DNA of 64,000 bases from Chiloscyllium plagiosum (Eukaryota): NCBI RefSeq assembly GCF_004010195.1, contig NC_057728.1:51523400-51587399 (forward strand). Direction: 5' to 3'. The translations under genes were made by a program, and so were the position numbers. Position 1 is the first letter of the stretch; each line of letters begins with the position of its first letter. The notes under the pieces were generated by a model. It did not search any database. It saw nothing but the letters and a program-made list of their open reading frames with translations, and was not told the DNA's origin. Positions 49,503 to 61,985 of the stretch are shown piece by piece.

Positions 49503-51399
49503 CTAACATTTCAAGCCTAAATTAACTGAACTGAAGTGTGGAGGGGGCAGCATTTATGCAATAGTTTGGGGGTGCAAGGGGATGCTGGGGGCAGTGGGTG
49601 TAGGGTGCAGGTGAACAAAAAATATTGATAGGTCAGTTTAATTGCTCGGAATGTGAGAATGGCGGAACAATGATGTGTTGTCTGCCAGATTTGAAAGGAC
49701 GGTAAGTGGGGATGGAGGGAGAGGAGGACATGATAACAAGCTAAAAGAGAGAAGAAATGTTCACAGCTTAGAAATGTTGAACTCAATATTTCAATCCCTA
49801 GGCGTAAATTCTTCTTATTCACACAAGGGATGTGGGCCACACTGAACGGGCCAGTCTTTATTGCCCTCCCTAAATGAGGACAGATGCAATGTGCTTGTTT
49901 CATTCCTCAGCCTTGCCTTTTACTTTCTCACAAACTAAAGCTTCTTTTTCAATTTCTAATCTGGCCCATCTTCCCTTGACCACCATGTTTTAATTTGCCT
50001 ATAATTTGCATTTATTGCCAATCCATTGACAAGATGGTGGTAAGGCATCTCTCCTCTGCAGGTAGTGCAGGAACACTTAGTGGGAGAAGGAGGTGAGGAA
50101 CCTAAGGATTCTGAGCCACATAGAGAGAGATTGATGCAGTGCCATTGTACTCTTGGCTTGATAGGTTCCCAAGCTCTATAAGAGGATGGAGAACAGTAAG
50201 TGCTGGGAGAGAAGGCTTTATTCTCTGAGAGAAACCTAACCCGATGTGATTGTGTTAATTGATAGGTGGTAAAAGTTTTAATGCTACAAATTGAGAATGG
50301 ATTTACATGAGGTCTTGAGAGAGGGCTTTGAGCTACAAGACAGATAAACGAGTGAAGCAGAGATTTTGAAAACCCGGCTTTCTCATCTGAGATTATCCTC
50401 AAAAGCTGGAAAGAAACTTAAAACCGTTGATTGACATGGGAAGCTCTGAAGTACAAATTAAAATCAATTCAGGGAAAACAGAGTGAGGATACACTCTAGC
50501 TCACAGCACGGTTGAAGTAAACAAATTATAATTAGCTAAACAGTTACCACTGACTAAAGTTAAATACCAATACTGTTAGGGACTGATTAGGACAATTATG
50601 CTGGAAAATAATAAGTTTTCTGCAGTTATGGATGGTATTAGATACTTAATACTATCAAAGGAGATGCATACAAAACAAATTTCACACTTTTGTCTTGATT
50701 TCTGAAATCTTGGCATTTCTGTTCCATTTATTGAACAACAAAATTAACTTTCTTCACAAACAATACTTTCAAAAGACTTTCAATCATCAAAGATTCTCAG
50801 TGACCAACCAATGAGACAGGCCGTGTAATTATTCATAGGGTTATATACTCAATTTCTTTTTGATGCGCTCACTGTTGTGTTACTTTGCTTTTCTTGTGCT
50901 CGGTCGGTCTGATTTGGCCACTTCTCATTGCTGTGCCAGGATGGAGGGTGGCTGAAGGGGTGCAGGGTGTCTTTTGTTGTGTAGTTTTATACAAAATCTA
51001 TGAGTTTTGGGTTCAGCTTAGAATGTTAGAGGAAAAGTCAACGACAAAAACTGTCTTTAGATGTGAGCTTTTTAATAACATGGTTTAATATGTTATTATA
51101 TATTCGTTCTAAATTCTACAACACATGGAATTCAGAGATATGCCAGGTTCTGATCTTCTGTTACATTATTGAAAGACTATTCCAGAAATTCTACCACCTA
51201 ATGCTGGTTGATCTACTCGCTTCTTTTCCTTCTCCCTTAACTCCGCCCACACTGTGCTATTTTTGCCCAGTGAGGAGCAGCTCCATGACATCATCATAAG
51301 GCTGTTCCAGATTCATAAAACCCTTACTCTTGGGAGCTGGGATAAGAGGAAAATGGATGGGTCATTGTATCTGATTGAAGGAGGGTTAGAAAATCTGAG

Positions 51400-52250
51400 C
51401 TGGTTTACAACATTTAAAAGACATTTAGATAAGGATATGAATAGGAAAGGTTTTGAGGGATATGGGCCAAGCGCAGGCAAGTGGGACTAGTTTAGTTTGG
51501 GAACATGGTTGGCATGGACTGGTTGGACTGAAGGGCCTATTTCCATGCTGTGTGACTACGACTCGATGACCCTATGATGACTGGTCACCCCAGTGTCCAA
51601 TGCCAACAGTCTTGTCTTTTGTGAAAAGGAAGTGAGGCTGTAGATCAGAGTATATTGTCAGTGATACTCAGTTAGACATCTGCTGTAGATTCATAGAACC
51701 ATAGATTAGCTACAGTACAGATGGAGACCATTCATTGAGTCTGCAGGAGCAGCTTGGCTAGTCCCACTCTGCCACCGTGTCTGGTAACCCTGCAATTCTT
51801 GTCTCTCTTCAGATGCTTAAATAATTGCCTCTTGAAATCTTTGATTGAACCTGCCTTCACTGCAGTCTCAGGCAGCACATTCCAAATCCTAACTGGTCAT
51901 TAAATGAGAAAGGTTTCTTCCTCACTTCACCCATTGGTTCTTTGCCAATCACTTTCCATCTGTGCATTCATGTTCTGACCTTTCTGCCAAATAGAACAAC
52001 TTCACTCCATCCACTCAGCTCCACCAAACCTCCCCTCAACGTCCTCCCCTCTCTGATAACCAACTCCTGCCCAGACAACGTATCTATGTAACGGACAACC
52101 ATTCTGTGGGATCTTTATTGCATCACCTCCACTGGCTCCACATCTTTCCTACAGTTTGGTGTTTGGAATTGGATGGAATACTCCACTTGACGCTAAATCA
52201 GTGTTTTATAGAGGTTCATCATAACTCCCTTGTTTATGCATTTTATGTAA
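51400..52250. mobile_element. CR1 3' fragments (about 51400-51575 plus; about 51690-52250 minus)
   Basis: TFKRHLDKDMNRKGFEGYGP and CR1 tails. Confidence 0.65.
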
Positions 52251-52425
52251 CAAGATTGGGATCTGGTGAGGTTACAGTAACATCAGAAGACATTTGCTGG
52301 AGAAGAGAGAGGGGACTGCCTGTATTAGAGAGGGATGTATTTATCTCGAAGTATGTCATGTATAATATTATAAATACTAAAAATAAACAAAAGGGTTAGG
52401 AGTAGGCCATTCACACCATCGAGGC

Positions 52426-52532
52426 GTAAGTGGGTACTGCAGATGCTGGAGATTAGAGTCATGTTGGAAAAGCACAGCAGGTCAGGCAGCATCCAAAGAG
52501 CAGGAAAATTAATGTTTCAGGCAAAAGTCCTT
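52426..52532 (-). mobile_element. PLE mini-insertion (family A) with an imperfect 18-bp TSD
   Basis: CATTCACACCATCGAGGC (52408-52425) and CATTCGCACCATCCAGGC (52533-52550). Confidence 0.75.
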
Positions 52533-53146
52533 CATTCGCACCATCCAGGCCACAGTTGGTATCCTGGTTGATTTTGTGTGTCAGTCCCGTTTCCTGCGAA
52601 GATTATCTCCTGCCATTGCACTGTGAAGGGAAATCTCCTCCAAAGACATCATTGATGAGACCTAGAGATTAGTGTCTACTCTAACCGCTGGCATGTGTGT
52701 GGTGCCGGTGACAGGTGCACGGACGCTTGAGAAACACATGCACCATGTCAGTATTCAGTCCTCTGGTCACCACTCCTTTCAGCCGTCTAGTCTCTGTTGT
52801 TGGTCCCCCCACTTTTGAATGCCTATCTGGACAGCCTCTAGTCTCCCTCGGGTCTTTGCATTGGTCTCCTCCCTGCTCTGCATCCCCCTCTGCTTGCTCA
52901 CTGACTCGCTCAGGGAATGGCAAAGAGCCATGGAAGAGGGCAGTACTCTGGAGGAAAGCAGTGGAGGTTCAGAAAGCGTGTTAGGAGTGGAACTGTGCAA
53001 AATCCCAGGATTTTAACTGAATTTATGTAGAAGCATTTGAAAATGAATTGTTTTTAATTGCCTCCATTCTCTGATAGATGCTGTTAGTGTGGTGTCTCTG
53101 GCAGTGACATCACTGGCACCGTGAGAATGGGCAGACAGTGCTTTCA

Positions 53147-53262
53147 ATGTGGAGAGGGTGGTGCTGGAAAAGCACAGCAGACCAGGCAGCACTGCCTGAC
53201 TTTACAGCAGCACACTGTCGACTCTGATCTCCAGCATCTGCAGTCCTCATTTTCTCTTTGTG
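53147..53262. mobile_element. Fold-back PLE mini-insertion (family A) with a 10-bp TSD
   Basis: AGTGCTTTCA at 53137-53146 and 53263-53272. Confidence 0.7.
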
Positions 53263-54164
53263 AGTGCTTTCACTCAGACACGGTAGCACAAAAGCACTCC
53301 CCCCATACCCACAGCTTTTAACTCAACATCTCTCGATCTCTGTCATGAGCAATTCCTACAGTCCTCTGGGGCAGAGCTGAGTAGAACGTAATTCTGTGAG
53401 ACAACCTGACTGAAAATATCTCCCTTTCTTTAGGTTCAATATCTCCAAACAACCAAGATGATACCCTACAAAAGAACTGTAGATCTGAAACGGAAACTGA
53501 AAGTAGAGATTGCTGGGGGAGCTCAGCAGGCATCTGTGGGAAGAAAACAGAACTAATATTTCAACTCTGTTGACTCTTCTATTAGATTCTGCCCCTTGAT
53601 TAAATCTAATGGAAATAAGATACCGAGTCCTGTCTGTCTCCCAGCTCAACAACCAAGCAAGACAGTGGGAGGTTTCTGATTATGAACAATCAGTCTGTTA
53701 GTGAGGTGATTATTGCAGCCTGTGGGTCAGAGCAGAGAATCAGAAATGAATAAGGTGCTGAGAATGGCATCGTGTGCAAATATTTAAGTGTAGTGAACTA
53801 CAACAGGTTTGAGCTGGGAATTCTCTGCTCAGAGTTAGAGGAGGGTGTGTAGATTACTTTGTCAAAATGCTTTTTTAATTACCAGGCAGATGTTCAGTTG
53901 AAGAGGCCATCATTGTCTCAGTAGTTCATTATTGTTCAACATTAAAGTCACAGATTAACTGTCATTTATAAGCCAATGGGCAATTTAGCTACTTTCGCAG
54001 AACGTAACAATCTGTGACACTGTAAGGGCCATGGGAAAACTCTCCCAAAACTTTCATCCATATAGAATCATAGAACAGTTACAGGGCACAGGGAGGCCAT
54101 TCAACCTGTCGGGGCTGTGCTGTACCAGCCTGACCTTGTTGATCCCGACAGCATGTTCCCGAGC

Positions 54165-55192
54165 CTGCTGCATTGTGGTGGACTGCATATTTGCCTCGAC
54201 CGTAACTGGCTTTGGCTTCAAGTCCCACTCCAGGGTTAGAGGGCAAAGCCAGCATTACCTGTCGAGAGTAACAGCTGAGGGAGATACCGTCTTTCCTTCT
54301 GCTCTTCTGTGAAGGTGAGCAATCCCTAGCGTCCCATCTGAGATTTTTCTCTCAGTCAGCGCTGAAAAAAACTGACTGTCTGGCTTTTAGCACACTGCTA
54401 TTTGTTGGAACTTGGATACAAACTGGCTGCTGCATTTCAACAGTGGCTGTTGTGAAACTTGAAAGGGTTCAGAAAAGATTTACAAGGATGTTGGCGGATT
54501 TGAGCTATAGGGAGAAGTTGAATAAGCTAGGGCTGTTTTCCCTGGAGAGTCAGAGGCTGAGGGGTGACCTTATAAAGGTTTATAAAATCATGACGGACAT
54601 GTATAGGATAAATAGACAAAGTCTTATCCCTGGGGTGGGGGAGTCCAGAACTATAAGGCATAGGTTTAGGGTGAGAGGGGAAAGATATAAAAGAGATCTT
54701 TTTCACATAGAGGTTGATATGTGCATGGAATGAACTGCCAGAGGAAGTGGTGGAGGCTGGTACAATTGCAACATTTACAAGGCATCTGGATGGGTATATG
54801 AATAGAAGGGTTTTGGGGAGACATGGGCCGGATGCTGGCAGGTGGGACGAGATTAGGTTGGGATATCTGGTTGGCATGAACAAGTTGGACCGAACGGTCT
54901 ATTTCTGTGCTGTACATCATGGCAGGTTGAATGGCCTCCCTGTGCCCTGTAGCTGTTCTATGATTCCATCTCTGTGTATCATGGAAAGCGGATGAAAGAT
55001 TTGGGAGATTTTTCCCATGGCCCTTGCAGTGTCACAGATTTTTACGTTCCCCGCAAGTAGCTAAATTGCCCATTGGCTTATAAGTGGCAGTTAGTCTGTA
55101 ACTCTATGACTTCAGAGATTTTTTTGGGCTTAAAGTGCTTTTGGTGCATCCAATGGTCATATCAGGCGCTATATAAATGCAAGTTCTTTTTT
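54165..55192 (+). mobile_element. Deu-domain SINE split by a CR1 insertion and an inverted duplication
   Basis: 5' part ends at AAACTGGCTGCTGCATTTCAACAGTG (about 54445); tail GGCGCTATATAAATGCAAGTTCTTT resumes at about 55110-55190. Confidence 0.65.
54446..54918 (+). mobile_element. CR1 3' fragment
   Basis: KLERVQKRFTRML...RLRGDLIKVYKIM. Confidence 0.88.
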
Positions 55193-55215
55193 AAAAGAAA
55201 ATGTTATCACTTGCT

Positions 55216-55515
55216 AGATAGATTAGATTACAGTGTGGAAACAGGCCCTTCGGCCCAACAAGTCCACAAGACCCGCCGAAGCGCAACCCACCCATATATT
55301 TACCCCGTACCTAACACTACGGGCAATTTAGCATGGCCAATTCACCTGACCTGCACATCTTTGGACTGCGGGAGGAAACCGGAGCACCCGGAGGGCCCCA
55401 CGCAGACAGGGGGAGAATGTGCAAACTCCACACAGTCAGTCGCCTGAGGCAGGAATTGAACCCGGATCTCTGGCGCTGTGAGGCAGCAGTGCTAACCACT
55501 GTGCCACTGTGCCCC
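55216..55515 (-). mobile_element. HE1-type V-SINE
   Basis: Family match. Confidence 0.9.
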
Positions 55516-55587
55516 CATAATAGCAAGGTACCAGCTACTTATTTGACGATACCAAGGTAAGAGCTTTGTATTTGCAGATAGAAGAAA

Positions 55588-55697
55588 TGTCTGTGTGTGT
55601 GTAAGAAAGGTGTGTGTATAAGAAAGGCGTGTGTATGTGTGTGTGTAAGAAAGGTGTGTGTATGTGTGTAAGNNNNNNNNNNTGTGTGTGTATATGT
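55588..55697. repeat. (TG)n-rich compound microsatellite with TAAGAAAGG interruptions and a 10-N gap
   Basis: Direct reading. Confidence 0.9.
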
Positions 55698-56014
55698 AGA
55701 TGGGTAGTAGTGAGGGGGGTGGTGGGTGGAACTGAGGAAAGGGGAGAGAGGCCTCACTGTCCCTGGGAAATATGGAAGGTTTGCCTAAAGTCTATTGAGC
55801 ACATCAAAAAATCATAGTATTTTACAACTCATACTTTCATATTTAAATGATACAGCACTTATGTAGATCGGTAGTACAGAAACTTTAATGTTTACAGGTG
55901 TTGTCCCAAATTGACCTGTTCGACGATGTCATTATCTCCATTTGGAGTGAATGGGATTTCACCCAGGACTCCTGGCTCAGAGGTCCTCACCTCAATAATC
56001 ATGTACAGAATGTT

Positions 56015-56251
56015 CTGGATTAGTGGTGCTGGAAGAGCACAGCAGTTCAGGCAGCATCCGAGGAGCAGTAAAATCGACGTTTCGGGGAAAAGCCCTTCAT
56101 CAGGAATAAAGGCAGAGAGCCTGAAGCGTGGAGAGATAAGCTAGAGTAAATGTCGATTTCGCTGCTCGTTGGATGCTGCCTGAACTGCTGTGCTCTTCCA
56201 GCACCACTAATCCAGAATCTGGTTTCCAGCATCTGCAGTCATTGTTTTTAC
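56015..56251. mobile_element. Inverted (fold-back) PLE mini-insertion (family A) with a 15-bp TSD
   Basis: CATGTACAGAATGTT at 56000-56014 and 56252-56266; hammerhead on the minus strand at 56076-56103. Confidence 0.88.
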
Positions 56252-58469
56252 CATGTACAGAATGTTACCATGTGACTGCCTTGCTGCTTTGCCTTTGTCA
56301 ATCCCTGGGTCCAGGTTAATTTTCAAATGTTAAATTGAATGTTACATTGACAAACAGCTTGGGAGGCATTGAATGATGAATTGGTTAAAACAGCATCTCT
56401 TTTCACAAGTGGAAAGGATAACATAAGAGTTCAGTGTAGCATGTGGCTTCCACAATTTCACTTTGCTGATACAGGACCTTTGGGAATTGAATAGTTAGGT
56501 GTGTGATTTTGACCAGAGCAGACTCAATGCAACAGAGGGCCTTTTACTGTGCTGTAGACCTTTATGACTCTATGACCATTCGTGAAACAGGCACTACTTT
56601 GTAAATGTGAGTGATGAATCTTCCACAGCAAATATTCAGGAGAAAACCTGAGAAATTTGATCTTTGTGCTTATAAATGTTGAAAAACAATTCATTCAGGC
56701 TCCATTTATGTGACTCTTCTGACGTCACATGTTCAGTAGCTCGACTTAGACTTTGACCATACTAAGATATAATTAACACTTTACTTTTACAACAATGAAG
56801 TAACATTTGCATTATGTGCTGAATCAGCTCTCTCCTGTTTTCAATCTCCTCGATTGGCTGCGATAACAATGTAATAGTCCTTTTAGCACGAGGCTATATC
56901 TCACTGCAATAAAAATAGTCAACAAGATTTCCCTGTAGCAGTAAGGATCCAATTGCAAGGTTTTCTTGAGTGAAAGGAAGAGCAACTTTATTACTTTCAA
57001 ACCCTGAGAAAAATAATAAAGAGACAACATCGAACACAACCATACACCTACATACAAGCATTGGTACAAAGTTACAAAGGAGATAGTGTCCAGCACAAAA
57101 TGGAATATAAAAGAATCTGCAGTTCAAAACCTTGAGGTGCTAGACTTTAACCTGAGACCATGGTTGGTTAGGGACATCCTTGATCAATGGTCACAATTAA
57201 CTTCTCAGATATGTTAGAGTTGTCAGTGATTGGATGCTAATCTCCAGTTTGTGTCATCATTAGGTGAATTGTCCTTTGAAAGCAGCGAGAAAAGGAAAGA
57301 CTTCTCCACTTCTAGGTACAAATTCATCTCACTGCTCTGTCAAAAGCAATTATCTGAAATACAGTTCATTTGTTTATTCCCATGTCTGGGTTTATTGCCT
57401 CCAAGCAGGACAGTTTAGATTTTTTCAAAGAAACCTCCAACATATGAACATTGCATAAAGCTGACCCTACGGCTGGAATGAGCGGACTAGTCAGGTGACA
57501 AAATCTTCATTTAGTCACAGTCTGGTTTTAACAAGTGATCTTCACAGTGTCCTGTACTCTCTTGTACAATGATGGCACCAACACTGTTAACAACCAACAA
57601 CTCAAGATATGACCAACACACAAGAAGGAGATCTACTTTCTGAGCAACTGATCATCACTGCAGAGAGCTCATAACCTTTTATCCCAGACCTGAATTACAG
57701 ACAGCTCTGAATGAAGAGCAGCAGTGCATGCCAAATACTGGTCTTTCAAGGAATCTTTGATTTCCTGAACTATTCAACTCTTGTCCCTGGGCCCCTCGAA
57801 TCCCGATTAAACCCTGTACTGTTTGCAATTTTTAATTCTCCATGCACAGTGCCATTCTGCTGATTGTTTTCTGGGATGTCAGCAGGGTTCTGCTGGGCTT
57901 GTTTTCTTGCTCCTGTGGCTATGGGAAGGCAGTGAATGATTTCCTTGTTTGCAACAAGAACATCCTGCTCATTAAAGGTGATGAAAAATCAGTTTCTAGC
58001 ATCCCAGAGGGGCCCTGAGAAATATCTGCCTGTTCTCTGTGTGCTATCTTAGCAACAGGCACATTTACTGAGCAGACAGCATCTCTAAATCAATGGACAG
58101 TGCAGTCAAATTGAAATCTAAATGTTCATTAAATTGTTACGTAATCTGCACCTTTGCCAGTACAAAGAGCTCTCAGCCATCACTGATTCAGTTCTGTTAT
58201 TTCTCATATCTTGCAGTTTAAGCTTAAGTGGGTAACATTCAATTGATCTTGAAGACGTTTCTTTGGGTCAGCTGAGGCTTTTTTTTATTACCTCCTTTGC
58301 TCTCCCTGTCAGAGCTGATAAACATTACACCTCAAGCAACGAACTTGTTGTTTTGGGGATTAACTCTATCTGTTTCTCACCATAAGGCAGCACGGTGATG
58401 AAGTTATTAACAGACGGAGACAATCAGAGAACAAAAGTAATCATTTCAGGTGAGCAGCAGTCACGTCCT

Positions 58470-58820
58470 CTGAGGGGATCTGATTGAAACGTACAAAACC
58501 CCAAATGGACTAGATACAGGGAGGATGGTTCTCCTACTTGGGGAATCCAAAACTAGCAAACGCTGTCTCAGAATAAACAGTAGGCCATTTAGAATTGAGG
58601 CAGCAAAACATTTTCTTTACTCAGAGGGTGATCAATCTTTGTTGTTGCAGGTCAATGAGTACATTCAAGAGAGTGAGTTTGAATAGTAAAGACATCAAGT
58701 AGTATGTGGAGAAAACATGAATATGACATTGAGATAGAGGATCAGCCATGATCAAATTGAACAGTGGAGCAGGTTCGAAGGGCCAAATGGCCTACTTCTT
58801 CTCTGAATTTCTATGTTTCA
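58470..58820 (+). mobile_element. Old CR1 3' fragment
   Basis: CTGAGGGGATCTGATTGAAACGTACAAA...TTTACTCAGAGGGTG and tail. Confidence 0.7.
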
Positions 58821-59419
58821 TGGGCTAGTCAGCAATGCCCTACATGGTTGGATGTGCACATAACATTGCTACTGTCCAGCCCCACACATTCCCACATCTC
58901 CAACAGGGAGACACCCCCAACGTTTACTTCACATGTGAACGTCTTTCAGGGAATACAATCTCTTTATTTATAACCTCCAGTCCTTGCAGGGCAAAGTCTC
59001 CCACACTGGTGTCTTCCAGTACCTAAGCCCCTATAGTCTGGCTGTTTTTACCATTTACAGTCTATACCTGACAGTGTCTAGTCACCTCATGAAAGATCAA
59101 GTGCCATCCAGTGTCAGTATTACATATCTTTGAAACAGAAATCTGTCTAATCTCAGTTGCTTCGTGCCAATACAAAACTGACCATTAGAGATGTGCATGA
59201 CATACAGTTGCTAGATGACATAAGAGGCCTTGTCCACTCTGAACCAGATTTTCAAATCTCTCTGGATCTCTTCAACTCTGTGTGTAAGAGACTTGTCCTG
59301 TCATTGAATCTGTACTGTCACTGTTGTTATCAGCTATTAAACTTGGAGCGATGTCAGAGATCAAATAGAAATAGGGAACATGTGTTCTAAGTTAATAAAG
59401 GGTAATTGGGAGCAAGCAC

Positions 59420-59780
59420 TAGGGAAGCAATGGCCTTGTGGTATTATCACTAGACTATTAATCCAGAAACTCAGCTACAGTTCTGGGGACTAGAGTTCCA
59501 ATCCGACCATGGTAGATGGTAAAGTTTGATTTTATAAAGGGATTCGGAATTAAGGCTCCAATAATGACTATGAAATCATTTTATTGAATGTCAGGAGAAA
59601 AACCATCTTGTTCACTAATGTCCTTTATTGAAGAAAATCTATCATCCTTACCTGATCTGGTCCACATGTGACTCCATACTCACAGAAATGTGCTTAGTTC
59701 TTAACTGCCCTCTGGGCAATTAAGAATGGGCAATAAGTGCTGTCCCAGCCAGAGACACCCACGTTCCATGAGTGAAAGAG
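59420..59780 (+). mobile_element. SINE-B
   Basis: Complete head to tail. Confidence 0.82.
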
Positions 59781-59860
59781 CATTGACAATGCGTATCTAT
59801 ATGGGAAACAAGTAATCAGTGTGTTGAAGTTACACATTCTGTAACGCACAAATTGGAATA

Positions 59861-60076
59861 AATTAAACATCGCACAACACCAGGTTATAGTCCAACAGGT
59901 TTATTTGGAAGTACTAGCTTTCGGAGCACTGCTCCTTCATGATCTAGCTAGCTACCTGATGAAGGAGCAGCGGTCCAAAAGCTAGTGCTTCCAAATAAAC
60001 CTGTTGGACTATAGCCTGGTATTGTGTGATTTTTAACTTTGTCCACCCCAGTCCAACACTGGCTCCTCCAAACCAT
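59861..60076. mobile_element. Fold-back PLE-type mini-insertion (family C)
   Basis: Inverted arms of about 70 bp; TSD AAATTGGA(A/G)TA at 59850-59860 and 60077-60087; hammerhead motifs at the centre. Confidence 0.82.
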
Positions 60077-60239
60077 AAATTGGAGTAGGCACAAAAGTAT
60101 CGCCTGGACTCTGTCTAACCAAAGTTAAAACTCCAATATCTTTCACCTTGTGCGTTGCAATAAGGTGACACACCATTGAGGTTCAGTAAAATACTTTGCA
60201 TACCCAATGATCTTCCCCTGAGGCCTCTCTGTAAAGGCT

Positions 60240-60860
60240 AACCCCCACCGGAGGGATAAGATAGGCTAGAGTTCTTTTCCTGAGAGGAGACATGGCTGAC
60301 GGGTGACCTGGTTGCGATGTACAAAGTTCTTGGGGGGGTGGGGTGCATAGAAGAGGAGAAAATTTTCCCTTTAGTAGAGGATCAACAAACAATCAAGGTA
60401 TTTTTCAATGTATAATTTGAGTTACATCACACTGTAAACTTTTGCTATAAATTCTGTGTCTTACAATTGTATCCTCCACAACCACCTGATGAAGGATCGG
60501 TGTTCCGAAAGCTAATGTTTCCAATTAAACCTGTTGGACTATAACCTGGTGTTGTGCGATTTTTAATAACAAGGGGGCACAGCTTTGAGAAAAGGAGAAG
60601 GAGGTACTGAGGGAATTTGAGGAACAAAGTTTTCATGCAGAGAGTGGTGGGTATCTGGTACTCAATGCCTAAAAAGATTGCAAAAGGTGGGCTCCTTCAA
60701 GACGTTTAGGGAGTATTTAGATGAGCACTTGAAATACTGTAGCATACAATGCTACAGGCCAAGTGTTGGAAAATTGGATTTGAATCAGTGAATACTTGAT
60801 GGCTGGCAGGAACTTGATGGGCTGAAGGGCCGCTTTCCATGCTGTAAAATACTATGACTC
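60240..60860 (+). mobile_element. CR1 3' fragment with a nested family C segment (about 60391-60565)
   Basis: CR1 motifs flank a segment containing CAC-CTGATGA-AGGATCGGTGTTCC-GAAAGCTA. Confidence 0.72.
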
Positions 60861-61124
60861 CGAATTAAAGGAACTAACTTCGTCACTCAGAGAGTTGTTA
60901 AGGTCTGGGGCATGATGTCCTACCTCGCAGAAGGGAGTGGAATCAGATTCTGCATGAACTTTTAAAAAGACGTGGATATGAAGAGGATAAACTTGGCAGG
61001 CTATTGGGGAATAAACAGGACAAAATCGTCCAATTCTATCAGGGATCTAGCCTCAAAATGTAGGGCTGAATGGCCCCCTTCTGAGCTGTAAGAGTCCATG
61101 ATTCTGTGAATGGAGATTGTTTAG

Positions 61125-61262
61125 AATTCCAATAAAAGGTCACTGGACCCGAAATGTGAACCCTGCTTTCACTCCGCAGATACTGCCAGACCTGCTGAGT
61201 TTCTCCAGCTATTTGCGTTTTGTTTCTGAATTCTACCATCTGCAGTTCTTTGGGTTTTTTTA
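61125..61262 (+). mobile_element. PLE end (family B)
   Basis: GGTCACTGGACCCGAAATGTGAAC plus the shared terminal sequence. Confidence 0.7.
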
Positions 61263-61985
61263 GGAATCTGGTTCTTGTAGTTATACTTTCCAAAGGAAAG
61301 GCATCGAAACAGGAAATTCTTGAAACACGGTACAGGCCTGGCAAAAATCGTCCTAGATCCCATGGACCATTCGATGCAAGATTTTATTAAAATTCTTTGT
61401 GAAGTCCATGTAAACTACATCAACTTCACTACCCTTATCTACCCACCTATTCAACTCCTTATAAAATTCAACTAAATTTAAGATCTCACCATTTCCCTTT
61501 CAAACGACAGCCACTGCCCTGATTTGAATCGTCCAAGTAGCTGCTCCCAATCCACTTTGACCAGACCCTGTTTTATCATATTAATATTAGCCTTTCCCAT
61601 TTCAGAACCATTATTTCCGGTCCATCTTTATCCTTAACGACAATTACCTTAAACTTGCTATATGATAGTCATTATTATCAGAATGCTCCTCCAGCTTCAT
61701 TCCTGAAAACTAGGGATTGATGGTTTAGAGAGCTTTCCTAGATACATTTTAAGATTTCCAGCCCTCTCGTCCTTTTTGTCTATCCCAGTTAATATTAGGG
61801 ATATTGAAATCTCACATTGTTATTACCTAATTATTTTGACACTTTTACCAACATATCTGTACTTCCACCTCTCCTTGACTGTTTAGAGTCTACGGTACAC
61901 CTCCAGGAAAGAGATTGACCCCTTTTTGTGTCTGGTTCTACCCACAAGGCCCCGTATGAGAAACCTAACATCCCTCCTTATTGCA

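Noticed and set aside
52681..53016. Overlapping short ORFs in a GC-richer unique stretch
   Set aside because: No recognisable domain and no consistent splice-site pair.
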